In this document: positions 26,709 through 36,006 of the stretch, piece after piece | Layout: every line of letters starts with the position of its first letter | How positions within the stretch are numbered: position 1 is the first letter of the stretch | DNA from: Candidatus Staskawiczbacteria bacterium | GTDB taxonomy: Bacteria; Patescibacteriota; Minisyncoccia; Minisyncoccales; Staskawiczbacteraceae | Direction of reading: 5' to 3' | Assembly (NCBI GenBank): GCA_026395175.1 | Contig: JAPLZF010000010.1 | Span: 4,450-68,449, forward strand | DNA: 64,000 bases | Translations under genes and position numbers: made by a program | Notes under the pieces: generated by a model | The model's input: only the letters and a program-made list of their open reading frames with translations | The model's database searches: none | Told to the model about the DNA's origin: nothing

Positions 26709-26741
26709 TGCGTGGTCTCATTATTGATACGGCATTGATAC

Positions 26742-26773
26742 AGCACGTTTTTGCCTCGAGGCAAAAACGTGCT
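26742..26773. other. Perfect 14-bp-stem hairpin without a U-tract
   Basis: AGCACGTTTTTGCC-TCGA-GGCAAAAACGTGCT; not followed by a T-run on either strand, so not a canonical terminator. Confidence 0.6.
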
Positions 26774-26832
26774 ATCCACTGTTCGCTTTTTCTTCTCTGG
26801 TCTGGCAACTTTCTTTCCCCTTCCCCATAAAT

Positions 26833-27120
26833 TTATTTATCTTCTTTCTTAACACTTATTATTATACCTATAAATAATAAACCCATCCATAATAATTCCC
26901 CCTCGGAATTTTTAAAAAATTTCGCCCAGTCTGGAACATTTAATTTACTTACGTCTTCTTTATATTTTTCTCCACATGGTCCTCTGTCATCATTTTGGCA
27001 AACAATATCTCCAGTAGGATACATTTCACCTTTTGGAAAATAGTGATTAGCAGAAAAAAATAATACTGAAATTATCGCAAATAAAACCCAAACAATTATA
27101 ATCCAAATCTTTTTTACCAT
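26833..27120 (-). CDS. Small membrane protein, unknown function
   Basis: 95-aa ORF with N- and C-terminal TM helices. Confidence 0.5.
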   Translation of the reverse strand: MVKKIWIIIVWVLFAIISVLFFSANHYFPKGEMYPTGDIVCQNDDRGPCGEKYKEDVSKLNVPDWAKFFKNSEGELLWMGLLFIGIIISVKKEDK

Positions 27121-27183
27121 AAATTTATTGTTTATTTATTAAAGACTCAACGAGAACACTTCCCGTCGGTTATTTTCCTATGA

Positions 27184-27660
27184 TTAAAAAACTTTACTCA
27201 TTATTCCAATCACAAGATTAAAAGAATAACTAATAAGAATAACGTCACCAAATAAAATAGGTAATCTAATGTTCTGATATATAAAAATTGAGAATATGAT
27301 TAAAAATAAATTTATAATCGCAACAACAAAAGTATAAAAACTAAATTTGAACATTTTTTCTCTACCTAGTTTTTCTCCAGCTTCAAAGTTTGTCCTACTC
27401 CCCTCATCTAGCATACCCCTTGATGCAAGTCTTTCCCTTTTTCTATCAATATTTTCAAATCCATATACAAACATCATTCCCACAAAAGCTACCAAAGATA
27501 TTAAAGATGTGGCGACTATTGATGCAAATTGTTCTATTACGTTTTCTCTTATCTTAATTCCAAAATATTGTTGTACAAACCATCCCATAAAAACAAACAA
27601 GCAAAAACAAATTATTATCTTTTTTTCATTTTTTAACCATTTCATAATTTTTCTACCCAT
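27184..27660 (-). CDS. Membrane protein, unknown function
   Basis: 158-aa ORF with four hydrophobic helices. Confidence 0.5.
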   Translation of the reverse strand: MGRKIMKWLKNEKKIIICFCLFVFMGWFVQQYFGIKIRENVIEQFASIVATSLISLVAFVGMMFVYGFENIDRKRERLASRGMLDEGSRTNFEAGEKLGREKMFKFSFYTFVVAIINLFLIIFSIFIYQNIRLPILFGDVILISYSFNLVIGIMSKVF

Positions 27661-27664
27661 AATT

Positions 27665-27880
27665 TTATTTTTCTAATCCGTGTTTTTTTATACAGAAATT
27701 TAATAACGTCGATCCTTCTGAAGGAGAAAGCTTGTTTTCATTAGCTATTTTTGATACTGATACCCCGCACTCTTTTCTGATTTGTGCAGGTCTCCATTGG
27801 AACCAATAAAAAGCTGAACTAACTATCGTAATAATCAAAACCATTATGACTATTGAAATTGTTAATATTATTTTTTCCAT
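27665..27880 (-). CDS. Small bitopic protein, unknown function
   Basis: 71-aa ORF with one TM; 4-nt gap to the next gene. Confidence 0.45.
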   Translation of the reverse strand: MEKIILTISIVIMVLIITIVSSAFYWFQWRPAQIRKECGVSVSKIANENKLSPSEGSTLLNFCIKKHGLEK

Positions 27881-27999
27881 AATTTTAATTTTTAATAATT
27901 ATTATTTGAGTTTGACGCTGTTTGTATAAAAAGTCAACACTCATTTGCCGCGATTATCTTGAATTTGACATTGGGATTTTTTGTTGATAAAGTAAAAAT

Positions 28000-28329
28000 A
28001 TGAGCTATAAAAATACACTAAAAAAGGGGTCTGTTAGATATGTTATCTTCAAAGAAGCTGACACTTGGTACGGAGTGGCTTTAGAATTTAATATTGTAGA
28101 AGAAGGTAAAGACCCACTAAAGGTGATGAGTTCTTTATTTGAAGCAATTCAGGGATATGTTGAAACGGCTCAAAAATTAAAACTACGCCCGATGCCGTTG
28201 AATCAAAAACCAGATACAGAATATCAAAAACTTTGGGAAAAATTATCCAAAGTCAAAAAAGAAACAGATTTACTGCCAAAAAATGTTTATAACTTTGGCA
28301 CCACTTCTCCCTATGCCATGGCTCAGTGA
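28000..28329 (+). CDS. hicB: HicB-like antitoxin (tentative)
   Basis: 109 aa; N-terminal YVIFKEADTWYGVALEFNIVEEG fits the HicB fold pattern; stop overlaps or abuts the HicA-like gene; TTGACA-17-TAAAGT promoter-like sequence at about 27966-27994. Confidence 0.55.
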   Translation: MSYKNTLKKGSVRYVIFKEADTWYGVALEFNIVEEGKDPLKVMSSLFEAIQGYVETAQKLKLRPMPLNQKPDTEYQKLWEKLSKVKKETDLLPKNVYNFGTTSPYAMAQ

Positions 28330-28331
28330 AT

Positions 28332-28562
28332 ATGACTAAAAGCATTTTTAACTGGAATTTCAAAGATATAGAAAAATTTCTGAGAGAAAATCATTTTATT
28401 TATTCTCATGCAAGAGGTAGCCATTATTTCTACACAGGACATTATGGAAAACAACCAAGAATCGTTCAAGTACCACGCCATAGTTCAGAATCATTAAAAC
28501 CAAGAACATTTAAAGCAATTGTAAAACAATCAGGAATACCCTTAAAAATCTGGCTGGAATAA
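28332..28562 (+). CDS. hicA: HicA-family mRNA interferase toxin
   Basis: 76 aa (GTG at 28326 also possible); ..LRENHFIYSHARGSHYFY...IVQVPRHSSESLKPRTFKAIVKQSGI matches the HicA/YcfA pattern (GSH...vP.H...l..gt...Il.q.g). Confidence 0.75.
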   Translation: MTKSIFNWNFKDIEKFLRENHFIYSHARGSHYFYTGHYGKQPRIVQVPRHSSESLKPRTFKAIVKQSGIPLKIWLE

Positions 28563-28583
28563 TACAAATACTAAATCAAAACA

Positions 28584-28608
28584 AAAATCCCTCACTTAAG
28601 GGATTTTT
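28584..28608. terminator. Bidirectional terminator
   Basis: AAAAATCCCT-CACTTA-AGGGATTTTT between convergent hicA and hppA. Confidence 0.85.
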
Positions 28609-28622
28609 GTTTGTATATTTTA

Positions 28623-30608
28623 TTATACTAAGAAAGCGACAATCAATAAGGCGACGATGTTGAGCACTTTAATCATTGGGTTGATTGCAGGGCCTGCTGT
28701 GTCTTTGTAGGGGTCGCCAACGGTGTCACCGGTGACTGCGGCTTGGTGGGCAAAACTTCCTTTGCCTCCATAAGCTCCGCCTTCAATGTATTTTTTGGCA
28801 TTGTCCCAGGCAGCTCCGCCGGTTGTCATAGAAACTCCAACGAATATTCCTGTAATAATTGAACCAATTAACAACCCGCCCAAAGCCTGCGGGCCAAGAA
28901 TGAATCCAACCAAAATTGGAGCAACAATTGGAATTAAAGCCGGAATCATCATTTCTTTAATGGCGGCTTTTGTAACAATGTCAACGCATTTTCCATATTC
29001 TGGTTTTGCGGTTCCTTCCATTAAACCCGCAATATTTTTAAATTGTCTGCGAACTTCTTCAACAACTTTTCCGGCTGTTTTCCCAACAGCTCCCATTAAA
29101 AATGACGCAAACAAGTAGGGGAGCAGTCCGCCAATTAAAAGCCCTGCAATAACTTTTGGGTCGTTTAAGACAAACTGCGAAACTCCGCCAACGTTAACTT
29201 TTTCTGAATATGCAGAAAACAAAACCAATGCAGCCAAACCTGCCGATGCAATTGCATAACCTTTTGTAACTGCTTTTGTTGTGTTGCCAACTGCGTCCAA
29301 AGCATCTGTAATTTCCCTGACTTCTTCTGGCATGCCGGACATTTCTGCAATTCCTCCGGCGTTATCTGTAATTGGACCATAAGCATCAACACCAACCACA
29401 ATTCCAGAAATTGAAAGCATTGCCATAACAGCCAAAGCGACTCCGTAAATTCCTGCCAGCCAAAAGCTTAAAATTGTTCCAAAAGCAATCAGCAAAACAG
29501 GGTAGGCTGTAGATTGCATTCCCAAACCAATCCCACGAATTATATTTGTTGCGTGCCCTGTTTCTGAAGCCTTGGCAATTGATTTTACCGGGCCATAATC
29601 TTTTGAAGTGTAATATTCTGTAATAACAAACATTTCAATTGCAATTACCAAACCCACCAATGTTGAAAAATACAACCTGTTTGCCGAAATTGCCTGTCCT
29701 GCCATAAGTTTTACAATTACAGGATAAAATGCAATTGCACACAAAATTACCGTAGCCGCCAAGCCTTTGTACATGGCTCCCATAATTGATTTTTTGGCTC
29801 CCAATCTTACAAAGAAACTTCCAATAATTGAAGCCAAAATTGCAACGCTTCCCAAAATTAAAGGAAGCAAAACAAAGTTTGGGCTTCGCGGAAACAGCAA
29901 AGCTCCCAAAATCATTGTGGCAACCGTGGTAACTGCGTAAGTTTCAAAAATGTCTGCTGCCATGCCGGCGCAGTCTCCAACGTTGTCGCCAACCTGGTCG
30001 GCAATTACTGCCGGGTTTCTTGGGTCGTCTTCTGGAATTCCTTTTTCAACTTTTCCAACCAAGTCTGCTCCAACATCGGCTGCTTTAGTATAAATACCCC
30101 CGCCAACTCTGGCAAAAACAGAAATTAAAGAAGCTCCAAATCCCAAACCCACCAAGGCTTCCATGTCGCCTTTTGTTAAAAAATAATATCCTGAAACCGC
30201 CAGCAATCCCAAACTCACCACCATTAAACCTGTGATTAAACCTCCTTTAAAAGAAATGTCTAAAGCCTTTGCCAAGCCCTTTTTTGCGGCTTCTGCAACT
30301 CTTGTATTGGCTTGCGTAGAAACAATCATTCCAATAAATCCCGAAAGCCCAGACAAAACAGCTCCAATTAAAAATCCAATTGCAATTTTCCAACCTAAAA
30401 AGAATAAAAGTATAAAAAGCACGACCCCAACTATAGAAATAGTCTTGTATTGCCTTTTTAAATAAGACATTGCTCCCTCCTGAACTGCTGCTGTAATTGC
30501 CACGGCTTTGCCCGAGGCAACCGGCGCTTTTTTAATTTGCATTGCCAAAAAATAGACAAATACAATTGCAAAAAGCGAAACGATTATCGGAAAATATATC
30601 AACGACAT
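28623..30608 (-). CDS. hppA: Membrane-bound proton/sodium-translocating pyrophosphatase
   Basis: 661 aa, about 15 TM helices; [77 protein letters not shown]. Confidence 0.96.
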   Translation of the reverse strand: MSLIYFPIIVSLFAIVFVYFLAMQIKKAPVASGKAVAITAAVQEGAMSYLKRQYKTISIVGVVLFILLFFLGWKIAIGFLIGAVLSGLSGFIGMIVSTQANTRVAEAAKKGLAKALDISFKGGLITGLMVVSLGLLAVSGYYFLTKGDMEALVGLGFGASLISVFARVGGGIYTKAADVGADLVGKVEKGIPEDDPRNPAVIADQVGDNVGDCAGMAADIFETYAVTTVATMILGALLFPRSPNFVLLPLILGSVAILASIIGSFFVRLGAKKSIMGAMYKGLAATVILCAIAFYPVIVKLMAGQAISANRLYFSTLVGLVIAIEMFVITEYYTSKDYGPVKSIAKASETGHATNIIRGIGLGMQSTAYPVLLIAFGTILSFWLAGIYGVALAVMAMLSISGIVVGVDAYGPITDNAGGIAEMSGMPEEVREITDALDAVGNTTKAVTKGYAIASAGLAALVLFSAYSEKVNVGGVSQFVLNDPKVIAGLLIGGLLPYLFASFLMGAVGKTAGKVVEEVRRQFKNIAGLMEGTAKPEYGKCVDIVTKAAIKEMMIPALIPIVAPILVGFILGPQALGGLLIGSIITGIFVGVSMTTGGAAWDNAKKYIEGGAYGGKGSFAHQAAVTGDTVGDPYKDTAGPAINPMIKVLNIVALLIVAFLV

Positions 30609-30636
30609 AATTTCTAATTTCTAATTTCTAATTTCT
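30609..30636 (-). repeat. Heptanucleotide tandem repeat (AGAAATT)x4 abutting the hppA start codon
   Basis: rc reads AGAAATT AGAAATT AGAAATT AGAAATT ATG; it occupies the position where an SD sequence would be expected. Confidence 0.95.
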
Positions 30637-30709
30637 AAATAATGACTAAATGTCATAATTTTTAAAAATTAACAAATTAGAATATCAATTAATTATTTTT
30701 TTATTTAAT

Positions 30710-32041
30710 TTATTTATTTTCGTCGGTTGGGTTGTCGGCTGGTTCTGCCTCAACTGCTTCGCCATCTGTTCCAACTTCTTTGGCCTTTTTAGTTTTTCGA
30801 GCCTTCTTGGCTCGCCCTGAGCTTGCCGAAGGGTTGGTTTTCCCCTCGCTATCGCTCGGGGTAAGTGTTCGCTCCGCTCCCTTATCTTCACCTTCGTTTT
30901 CTTCTGTTGGAGTTTCCGATGTTTTAATGTCTATTTTCCAGCCGGTTAATTGAGCAGCCAATCTTACATTTCTGCCGTCTTTTCCAATTGCCAAAGAAAG
31001 CTGGTCTTCTGGTACAAAAACAATTGCTGTGTTTTTGTCTTCAACTTGCACACTGACAACTTTTGCAGGAGACAAAGCATTTGTAATAAATTTTTCCGGT
31101 TTTTCGTCAAAAGAAATCACGTCAATTTTTTCTCCGCCCAATTCATTTATAACCGCCATAATTCTTGTTCCACGCTGTCCAACGCAAGCTCCAATTGGGT
31201 CAACGCCTTGTTCATTTGAAACAACTGCAATTTTTGTTCGAAACCCTGGCTCTCTGGCAATTGCCTTAATTACAACTGTGCCAGAGGCAATTTCAGGAAC
31301 TTCCAACTCAAATAATTTTGAAATTAATTTTGGATATGTCCTTGAAAGCATAACAACACTTCCTTTTGGAGTGTCTTCCACCTTCATTATATAAAGCTTT
31401 AATCTTTGGCTTGGCCTGTAAAATTCTCCCGGAATTTGCTCGTCTCGGTTTAAAATTCCCAAAGTTTTTCCAATGTCCACAAAAACAGTATGGCCTTCAA
31501 TCCTCTGCACAATTCCAGAAACGATTTCTCCTTCGCGAGACCTGTATTCTAAAGAAATTGTTTCTTTTTCTGCTTCTCTAATTTTTTGCAGAATAACCTG
31601 TTTTGCGGTTTGCGCTGCAATTCTGCCATAATCTTGCTTGGAAATTAAAGGAATTTCGATATCTTCGCCGGCTTTAATTTTTGGAAAATCTTTTTTGGCG
31701 TCAGCTAACATAATATGTTTTTCAGGATTAAAAACATATTTCTTTGGAGGTTCTTCTCCTGCTCTGGCTTCATCTTGCGGAATTTCTTTTCTTTCTTTCA
31801 TTTCTTCAATTTCCTCGTCTGTGTAAAGCATGCCATTGTCCACAACCAATTTTATTTGCCAAAACTTAACATCGCCCGAAACCGGGTTGAATTTGGCCTT
31901 AATTTTCTGCCCTTTTTGGCCGTAGTCTTTTTTGTAGGCTGTAGCAATTGCAGCTTCAATTGTTTCAATTACTTTTTCAGGCGAGATGCCTCTTTCTTCT
32001 GCAATTTGGTTTAACGCGCCCTTAAATGATTTTATATCCAT
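30710..32041 (-). CDS. nusA: Transcription termination/antitermination factor NusA with GC-rich C-terminal tail
   Basis: 443 aa; S1 (GEIVSGIVQRIEGHTVFVDIG), KH1 (GACVGQRGTRIMAVINELGGEKIDVI), KH2 (LAIGKDGRNVRLAAQLTGWKIDIK), then a low-complexity tail of about 65 aa. Confidence 0.95.
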   Translation of the reverse strand: MDIKSFKGALNQIAEERGISPEKVIETIEAAIATAYKKDYGQKGQKIKAKFNPVSGDVKFWQIKLVVDNGMLYTDEEIEEMKERKEIPQDEARAGEEPPKKYVFNPEKHIMLADAKKDFPKIKAGEDIEIPLISKQDYGRIAAQTAKQVILQKIREAEKETISLEYRSREGEIVSGIVQRIEGHTVFVDIGKTLGILNRDEQIPGEFYRPSQRLKLYIMKVEDTPKGSVVMLSRTYPKLISKLFELEVPEIASGTVVIKAIAREPGFRTKIAVVSNEQGVDPIGACVGQRGTRIMAVINELGGEKIDVISFDEKPEKFITNALSPAKVVSVQVEDKNTAIVFVPEDQLSLAIGKDGRNVRLAAQLTGWKIDIKTSETPTEENEGEDKGAERTLTPSDSEGKTNPSASSGRAKKARKTKKAKEVGTDGEAVEAEPADNPTDENK

Positions 32042-32161
32042 GTTTATATATTTAATAATTTTTTAGAAAAAAAGCCCGTGGTCAGACGGACAAATAATCT
32101 TTCTATATCTTTAACATAAGATTACTAAAATTATAGCTCCCTGTCAAGTTGGCGAGAAAAA

Positions 32162-32566
32162 TTACGAAATTATATTTTCGTGGTGGGTGAGGCGCGAGAC
32201 GGAAAAATCTGCCTCGCCCGTAGGCTTATGGCCGAGGGGCTTAAGCACAATGCAGATTGCGTCTATACGCGCAGGTCCGTCCCATCTTTTAAATGCCGTG
32301 TAGCTTTTGGCGTTTTGCAAAACTTTCCACAGCTTGGCTTTATTAATTGTATCTTCCGGACTGCCAAAATTTTCTCCAATTTTTGTCCTCACTTCCACAA
32401 ACACTAATTTATTTTTTCCCCACAAATTATCTTTTTTCTCTGCAATCAAATCAATTTCAGCATATTTTGTCTTATAATTCTGCTCTATAATTTTGTATCC
32501 TTCTTTTTCCAAATATTCCCTTGCCAAATCCTCCCCAATTTTCCCCACTTCATTATGAAAGCTCAT
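32162..32566 (-). CDS. yraN: YraN-family (UPF0102) endonuclease-like protein
   Basis: ATG at 32566 (MSFHNEVGKIGEDLAREYLEKEGYKIIEQNYKTKYAEIDLIA...LVFVEVRT); the track ORF is 25 codons longer and would overlap comM further. Confidence 0.85.
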   Translation of the reverse strand: MSFHNEVGKIGEDLAREYLEKEGYKIIEQNYKTKYAEIDLIAEKKDNLWGKNKLVFVEVRTKIGENFGSPEDTINKAKLWKVLQNAKSYTAFKRWDGPARIDAICIVLKPLGHKPTGEADFSVSRLTHHENIIS

Positions 32567-34100
32567 GATATTTTGGCTTGTACTGCAAGGCTTCTGCCAT
32601 GTGAGAAACAGTAATTTCTTCTGCATTGTCCAAGTCTGCAATTGTTCGCGCCACTTTTATCATTTTCATGTAGCTTCTGGCAGAAAGCTGAAATTTTAAG
32701 CTTGCCTGCCTTAAAATTTCCTCAACGTCTTTTAAAAGTTTGCAATATTTTTTTATATCGGCATTTTTCATTTGGCTGTTGCAATGAATTACCTTTTTTT
32801 CTCCTTGGTTAGAAAACCGCACTTCCTGCTTTTTCCTGGCAAAAACAACTCTTTGCTTTATTTTTTCTGATGACTCTAAAAAATCAGAATTTTTCTGGTT
32901 GTCTGAAAATTCTCCTGCGTCAACAGGCATAACAGAAATGTGCAAATCAATTCTGTCTAAAATAGGGCCTGAAATTCTTTTTTGATATTTTGATATTTGG
33001 TTTGGGTTGCATGTGCAATTCTTTTTTGGGTGCATGGCATACCCGCAAGGGCAGGGGTTTGCTGAGGCTACAAGCATAAAATCAGCAGGATAGACAACGC
33101 GCTGTTTGCTTCTTGAAATTGTTAAATAGCCGTCTTCTAAAGGTTGACGGAGCGCTTCCATAATAGACCTTGGAAATTCGTTGAACTCATCTAAAAATAA
33201 AATTCCTCTGTGAGCCAAACTTATTTCACCCGGTTGCGGTTTTGATCCTCCACCAACCAGCCCGGCCAAAGAAGCTGTATGATGTGGAGCGCGAAATTGC
33301 CTGTTAAGTATTAGCGACCCTCCCGGCGGGATTCCACCGGAAGCTGAATAAATTTTTGTAACTTCTAAAGATTCTGCTTCGTTTAAGGGCGGCAATATGC
33401 CCGGCAAGGCTCGTGCCAACATTGTTTTGCCAGAACCGGGCGAGCCAATCATAATTATATTATGGCCTCCGGCAGCCGCAATTTCCATTGCCCTTTTTGC
33501 CTGCTCTTGGCCCAAAACTTCTTTCATATCAAACTCAACAGGAGCTGGAATATTTTCTGCAACTTGTTTGTAAACAACTGGAAAAATTTCTTCTTGTTTT
33601 AATAAATGCCTGCAAATTTGAGTTAAATTTTCAACAGGAAAAACTTTTACTCCCTTTATAGCAGCAGCTTCGTTGGCAGAATCTTTTGGCACAAACAAAT
33701 TTATAAATCCAAATTCCTTGGCAAAAAGCGCCATTAAAAAAGCGCCTTTTGTGTGCCGAAGCGACCCGTCAAACGACAGCTCACCCAAAAACAGCGACTT
33801 TTGGGGAACAGGAAATTCCAAAACACTGCTTAAAATTCCAACGGCAATTGGCAAGTCATAAATTGAACCCTCTTTTGGCACGTCAGCCGGCGCCATATTT
33901 ACGGTTATTTTTTTTGCAGGAAAATCAATGCCGGAGGTTGCAATGGCAGTGCGCACCCTTTCTTTGCTTTCGTCCACTGCTTTGTCGGGCAAACCAACAA
34001 TTTCAAACCCGGGCAAACCCTTGTTTGCCAAGTTTATTTCAATGTCAACTTTTATTGTTTGTAGCCCCAAATTTGCCACCGAAGGAATTTTAATAAGCAT
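32553..34100 (-). CDS. comM: ComM/YifB Mg-chelatase-like AAA+ ATPase (competence-associated)
   Basis: 515 aa; Lon-like N-domain, Walker A GSPGSGKTMLA, Walker B GILFLDEFNEF, zinc-ribbon-like CPCGY...CTC. Confidence 0.92.
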   Translation of the reverse strand: MLIKIPSVANLGLQTIKVDIEINLANKGLPGFEIVGLPDKAVDESKERVRTAIATSGIDFPAKKITVNMAPADVPKEGSIYDLPIAVGILSSVLEFPVPQKSLFLGELSFDGSLRHTKGAFLMALFAKEFGFINLFVPKDSANEAAAIKGVKVFPVENLTQICRHLLKQEEIFPVVYKQVAENIPAPVEFDMKEVLGQEQAKRAMEIAAAGGHNIIMIGSPGSGKTMLARALPGILPPLNEAESLEVTKIYSASGGIPPGGSLILNRQFRAPHHTASLAGLVGGGSKPQPGEISLAHRGILFLDEFNEFPRSIMEALRQPLEDGYLTISRSKQRVVYPADFMLVASANPCPCGYAMHPKKNCTCNPNQISKYQKRISGPILDRIDLHISVMPVDAGEFSDNQKNSDFLESSEKIKQRVVFARKKQEVRFSNQGEKKVIHCNSQMKNADIKKYCKLLKDVEEILRQASLKFQLSARSYMKMIKVARTIADLDNAEEITVSHMAEALQYKPKYHELS

Positions 34101-34112
34101 GTTTTTAAAAAT

Positions 34113-34991
34113 TTAATTTATATAATATTTTCCGGAGTCTTGGCTGATAAAACCTTTGAGTTGCATTAGTGACAAGGCAGTACCAAGTTGGGCAACCGGA
34201 ATGACAAACAATCTTGCCAGTTCGTCAGCTTTCAGCGGTTCACGCTTTAATTGCTCTATAATTTTATTTTCCAAACTGTCACCCGTAACAAAATTTTTGC
34301 CTGCCTTTTTAGCAGACGGCAGAATGTCAAAATATTTTAAAATATCTTTTGCTTCGGTCACAACTTCAGCGCCTTCTTTTATTAGTTTTAACGATCCTTT
34401 TGAAACCTCGCTGGTAATTGGGCCAGGTAAAGCAAATATTTTTTTGCCCATTTTTTTTGCATAGCTTGCGCTAATTAAAGACCCAGAATTTAAAGCCGCC
34501 TCTGTAACAAAAACTGCTTTTGGAAGCCCTGCTACAATTCTATCTCGTTGTATATAAGTAAAAGTTTGGGGCTGAGCGTCACCTTCATATTCAGAGATAA
34601 TTAAACCTCCCGTATCTAAAATTTTTTGATAAAGTTCTTTTTGGTTAGCCGGGTGTATTAAATCAATTCCACAGGGCATCACGGCGATGGTTTTTCCTCC
34701 GCATTTTACAGCAGCCGAGTGAGCAGCTTCGTCGCCTCCATACATAAAACCAGAAACAATAGTAATGCCTGCGGCCGCAACTTCGGTAACCAACTGCTCG
34801 GTTGCTTTTTTGCCGTAATAAGTTAAGTGACGCGAGCCTACAACAGCCAGGCAATTTTGAAAAATTTTTTCATCCCAATTCCCCTTATAATATAATTTTT
34901 TAGGGCCCAAACTGGAAACAAGTTTTTTAAAAGACTCCTTTAGTGCTTTAGGATATTTTTTACTTTCAACTTCAACACAATTTATCTCCAT
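34113..34991 (-). CDS. dprA: DNA-processing protein DprA
   Basis: ATG at 34991 (the track uses GTG at 35012); GSRHLTYYGKKAT...ITIVSGFMYGGDEAAHSAAVKCGGKTIAVMPCGIDLIHP; C-terminal winged-helix-like domain. Confidence 0.9.
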   Translation of the reverse strand: MEINCVEVESKKYPKALKESFKKLVSSLGPKKLYYKGNWDEKIFQNCLAVVGSRHLTYYGKKATEQLVTEVAAAGITIVSGFMYGGDEAAHSAAVKCGGKTIAVMPCGIDLIHPANQKELYQKILDTGGLIISEYEGDAQPQTFTYIQRDRIVAGLPKAVFVTEAALNSGSLISASYAKKMGKKIFALPGPITSEVSKGSLKLIKEGAEVVTEAKDILKYFDILPSAKKAGKNFVTGDSLENKIIEQLKREPLKADELARLFVIPVAQLGTALSLMQLKGFISQDSGKYYIN

Positions 34992-35024
34992 AGTTTTATA
35001 CCCATTCTTCACAATATATCCACA

Positions 35025-35966
35025 TTATTTTATTTTATTTAATGGCGGGTAAAGCTGTTTATCAATCGTTCTTTCAAAACAAATTCTGCCTGTGCCGTGA
35101 TTCCAGTTTTGGTTAATACCTTGTGGAACTATATAGTCTATTGTTATATTTTTGGGATTTGGCTTGTTAAATATCGCGCATAATTCAAAAGATAAATTTG
35201 CCGCGTCTTTTACATTATATTCATAATTAGCTTTTGTTTGCGGGTCAGCAGGAACAACAAAACCTGAAATTTTATCATTTAAATCAGACAAGGAATTAGG
35301 CAAAACTTCTTTCCTCTGCCAATAATTTACAACTTGCGATTGGATGTCCTGCAAATCAGAAATTTTTTGCTGGTCAAATTGAATTAATCTTGCAGTTTGA
35401 GGAGAGCCAACTATAAAAAATGCGCAAACCACTCCGACTAAAATTATTATTGCCGAGCCGATCGCAAAATATTTTGCTAATTTTGTGGGAGTATCGCGCC
35501 TGACGTCATTTAAATAATATCCAAAAACAACTGCAGCAACCAAAAGTACTGAAAGGGCTTTCAAAACAAATTTTTCGGTTATTTCGCCTCCTAAAAATGT
35601 ATTTATTGTGCTTACCAAGTCTCCAATAATAATCAAGGAAGCGGCAAACAAAGTCAAATATATCAGCCATTTTCTGATTTTTGAGTCTCTTACAACAGCT
35701 TCTCTTCTGTAAATTTTATTTAAATACCATGAAACCAAAATAAAAACCGGAAAGACAATAATCAAAGAGGCAATGGCAAACCTCATTGGTCCGTTAAAAC
35801 TGCCGGGATAATAGTTTAAAACATCCGGCAAAAAATAATTTATATATTGCCACAATAATGTAACAAAGCTTACTGCCGACCAATATAAGGTGACGATTGC
35901 CAAAAGATGCAAAAACAAATCTCTTGGAATATTTCTTTTTGGGGTACCCTCTGGGTCTTGTTCCAT
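35025..35966 (-). CDS. Membrane protein (four N-terminal TM helices + pilin/pseudopilin-like C-terminal domain, tentative)
   Basis: 313 aa; the C-terminal part DLQDIQSQVVNYWQRKEVLPNSLSDL...VPADPQTKANYEYNV...FELCAIF resembles type II/IV pseudopilin globular domains. Recognition is by pattern only. Confidence 0.6.
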   Translation of the reverse strand: MEQDPEGTPKRNIPRDLFLHLLAIVTLYWSAVSFVTLLWQYINYFLPDVLNYYPGSFNGPMRFAIASLIIVFPVFILVSWYLNKIYRREAVVRDSKIRKWLIYLTLFAASLIIIGDLVSTINTFLGGEITEKFVLKALSVLLVAAVVFGYYLNDVRRDTPTKLAKYFAIGSAIIILVGVVCAFFIVGSPQTARLIQFDQQKISDLQDIQSQVVNYWQRKEVLPNSLSDLNDKISGFVVPADPQTKANYEYNVKDAANLSFELCAIFNKPNPKNITIDYIVPQGINQNWNHGTGRICFERTIDKQLYPPLNKIK

Positions 35967-36006
35967 ATTTTTTTATTTAATTCTATTATTTTATTTTACA
36001 ACTTTT

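Noticed and set aside
30609-30636. AT-rich tandem or direct repeats (30609-30636, 58700-58752, 1859-1894) considered as a CRISPR array or minisatellite.
   Set aside because: The units are 7-14 bp with no spacers of CRISPR size, there are only 2-4 copies, and no cas genes are present. They are reported as simple repeats or candidate regulatory sites instead.
30685-30953. Track ORFs 30685-30891 (minus) and 30732-30953 (plus) overlapping the nusA 3' region.
   Set aside because: They lie within the GC-rich nusA tail in other frames or on the other strand, have no independent expression signals, and are explained by the compositional bias of the hairpin elements.
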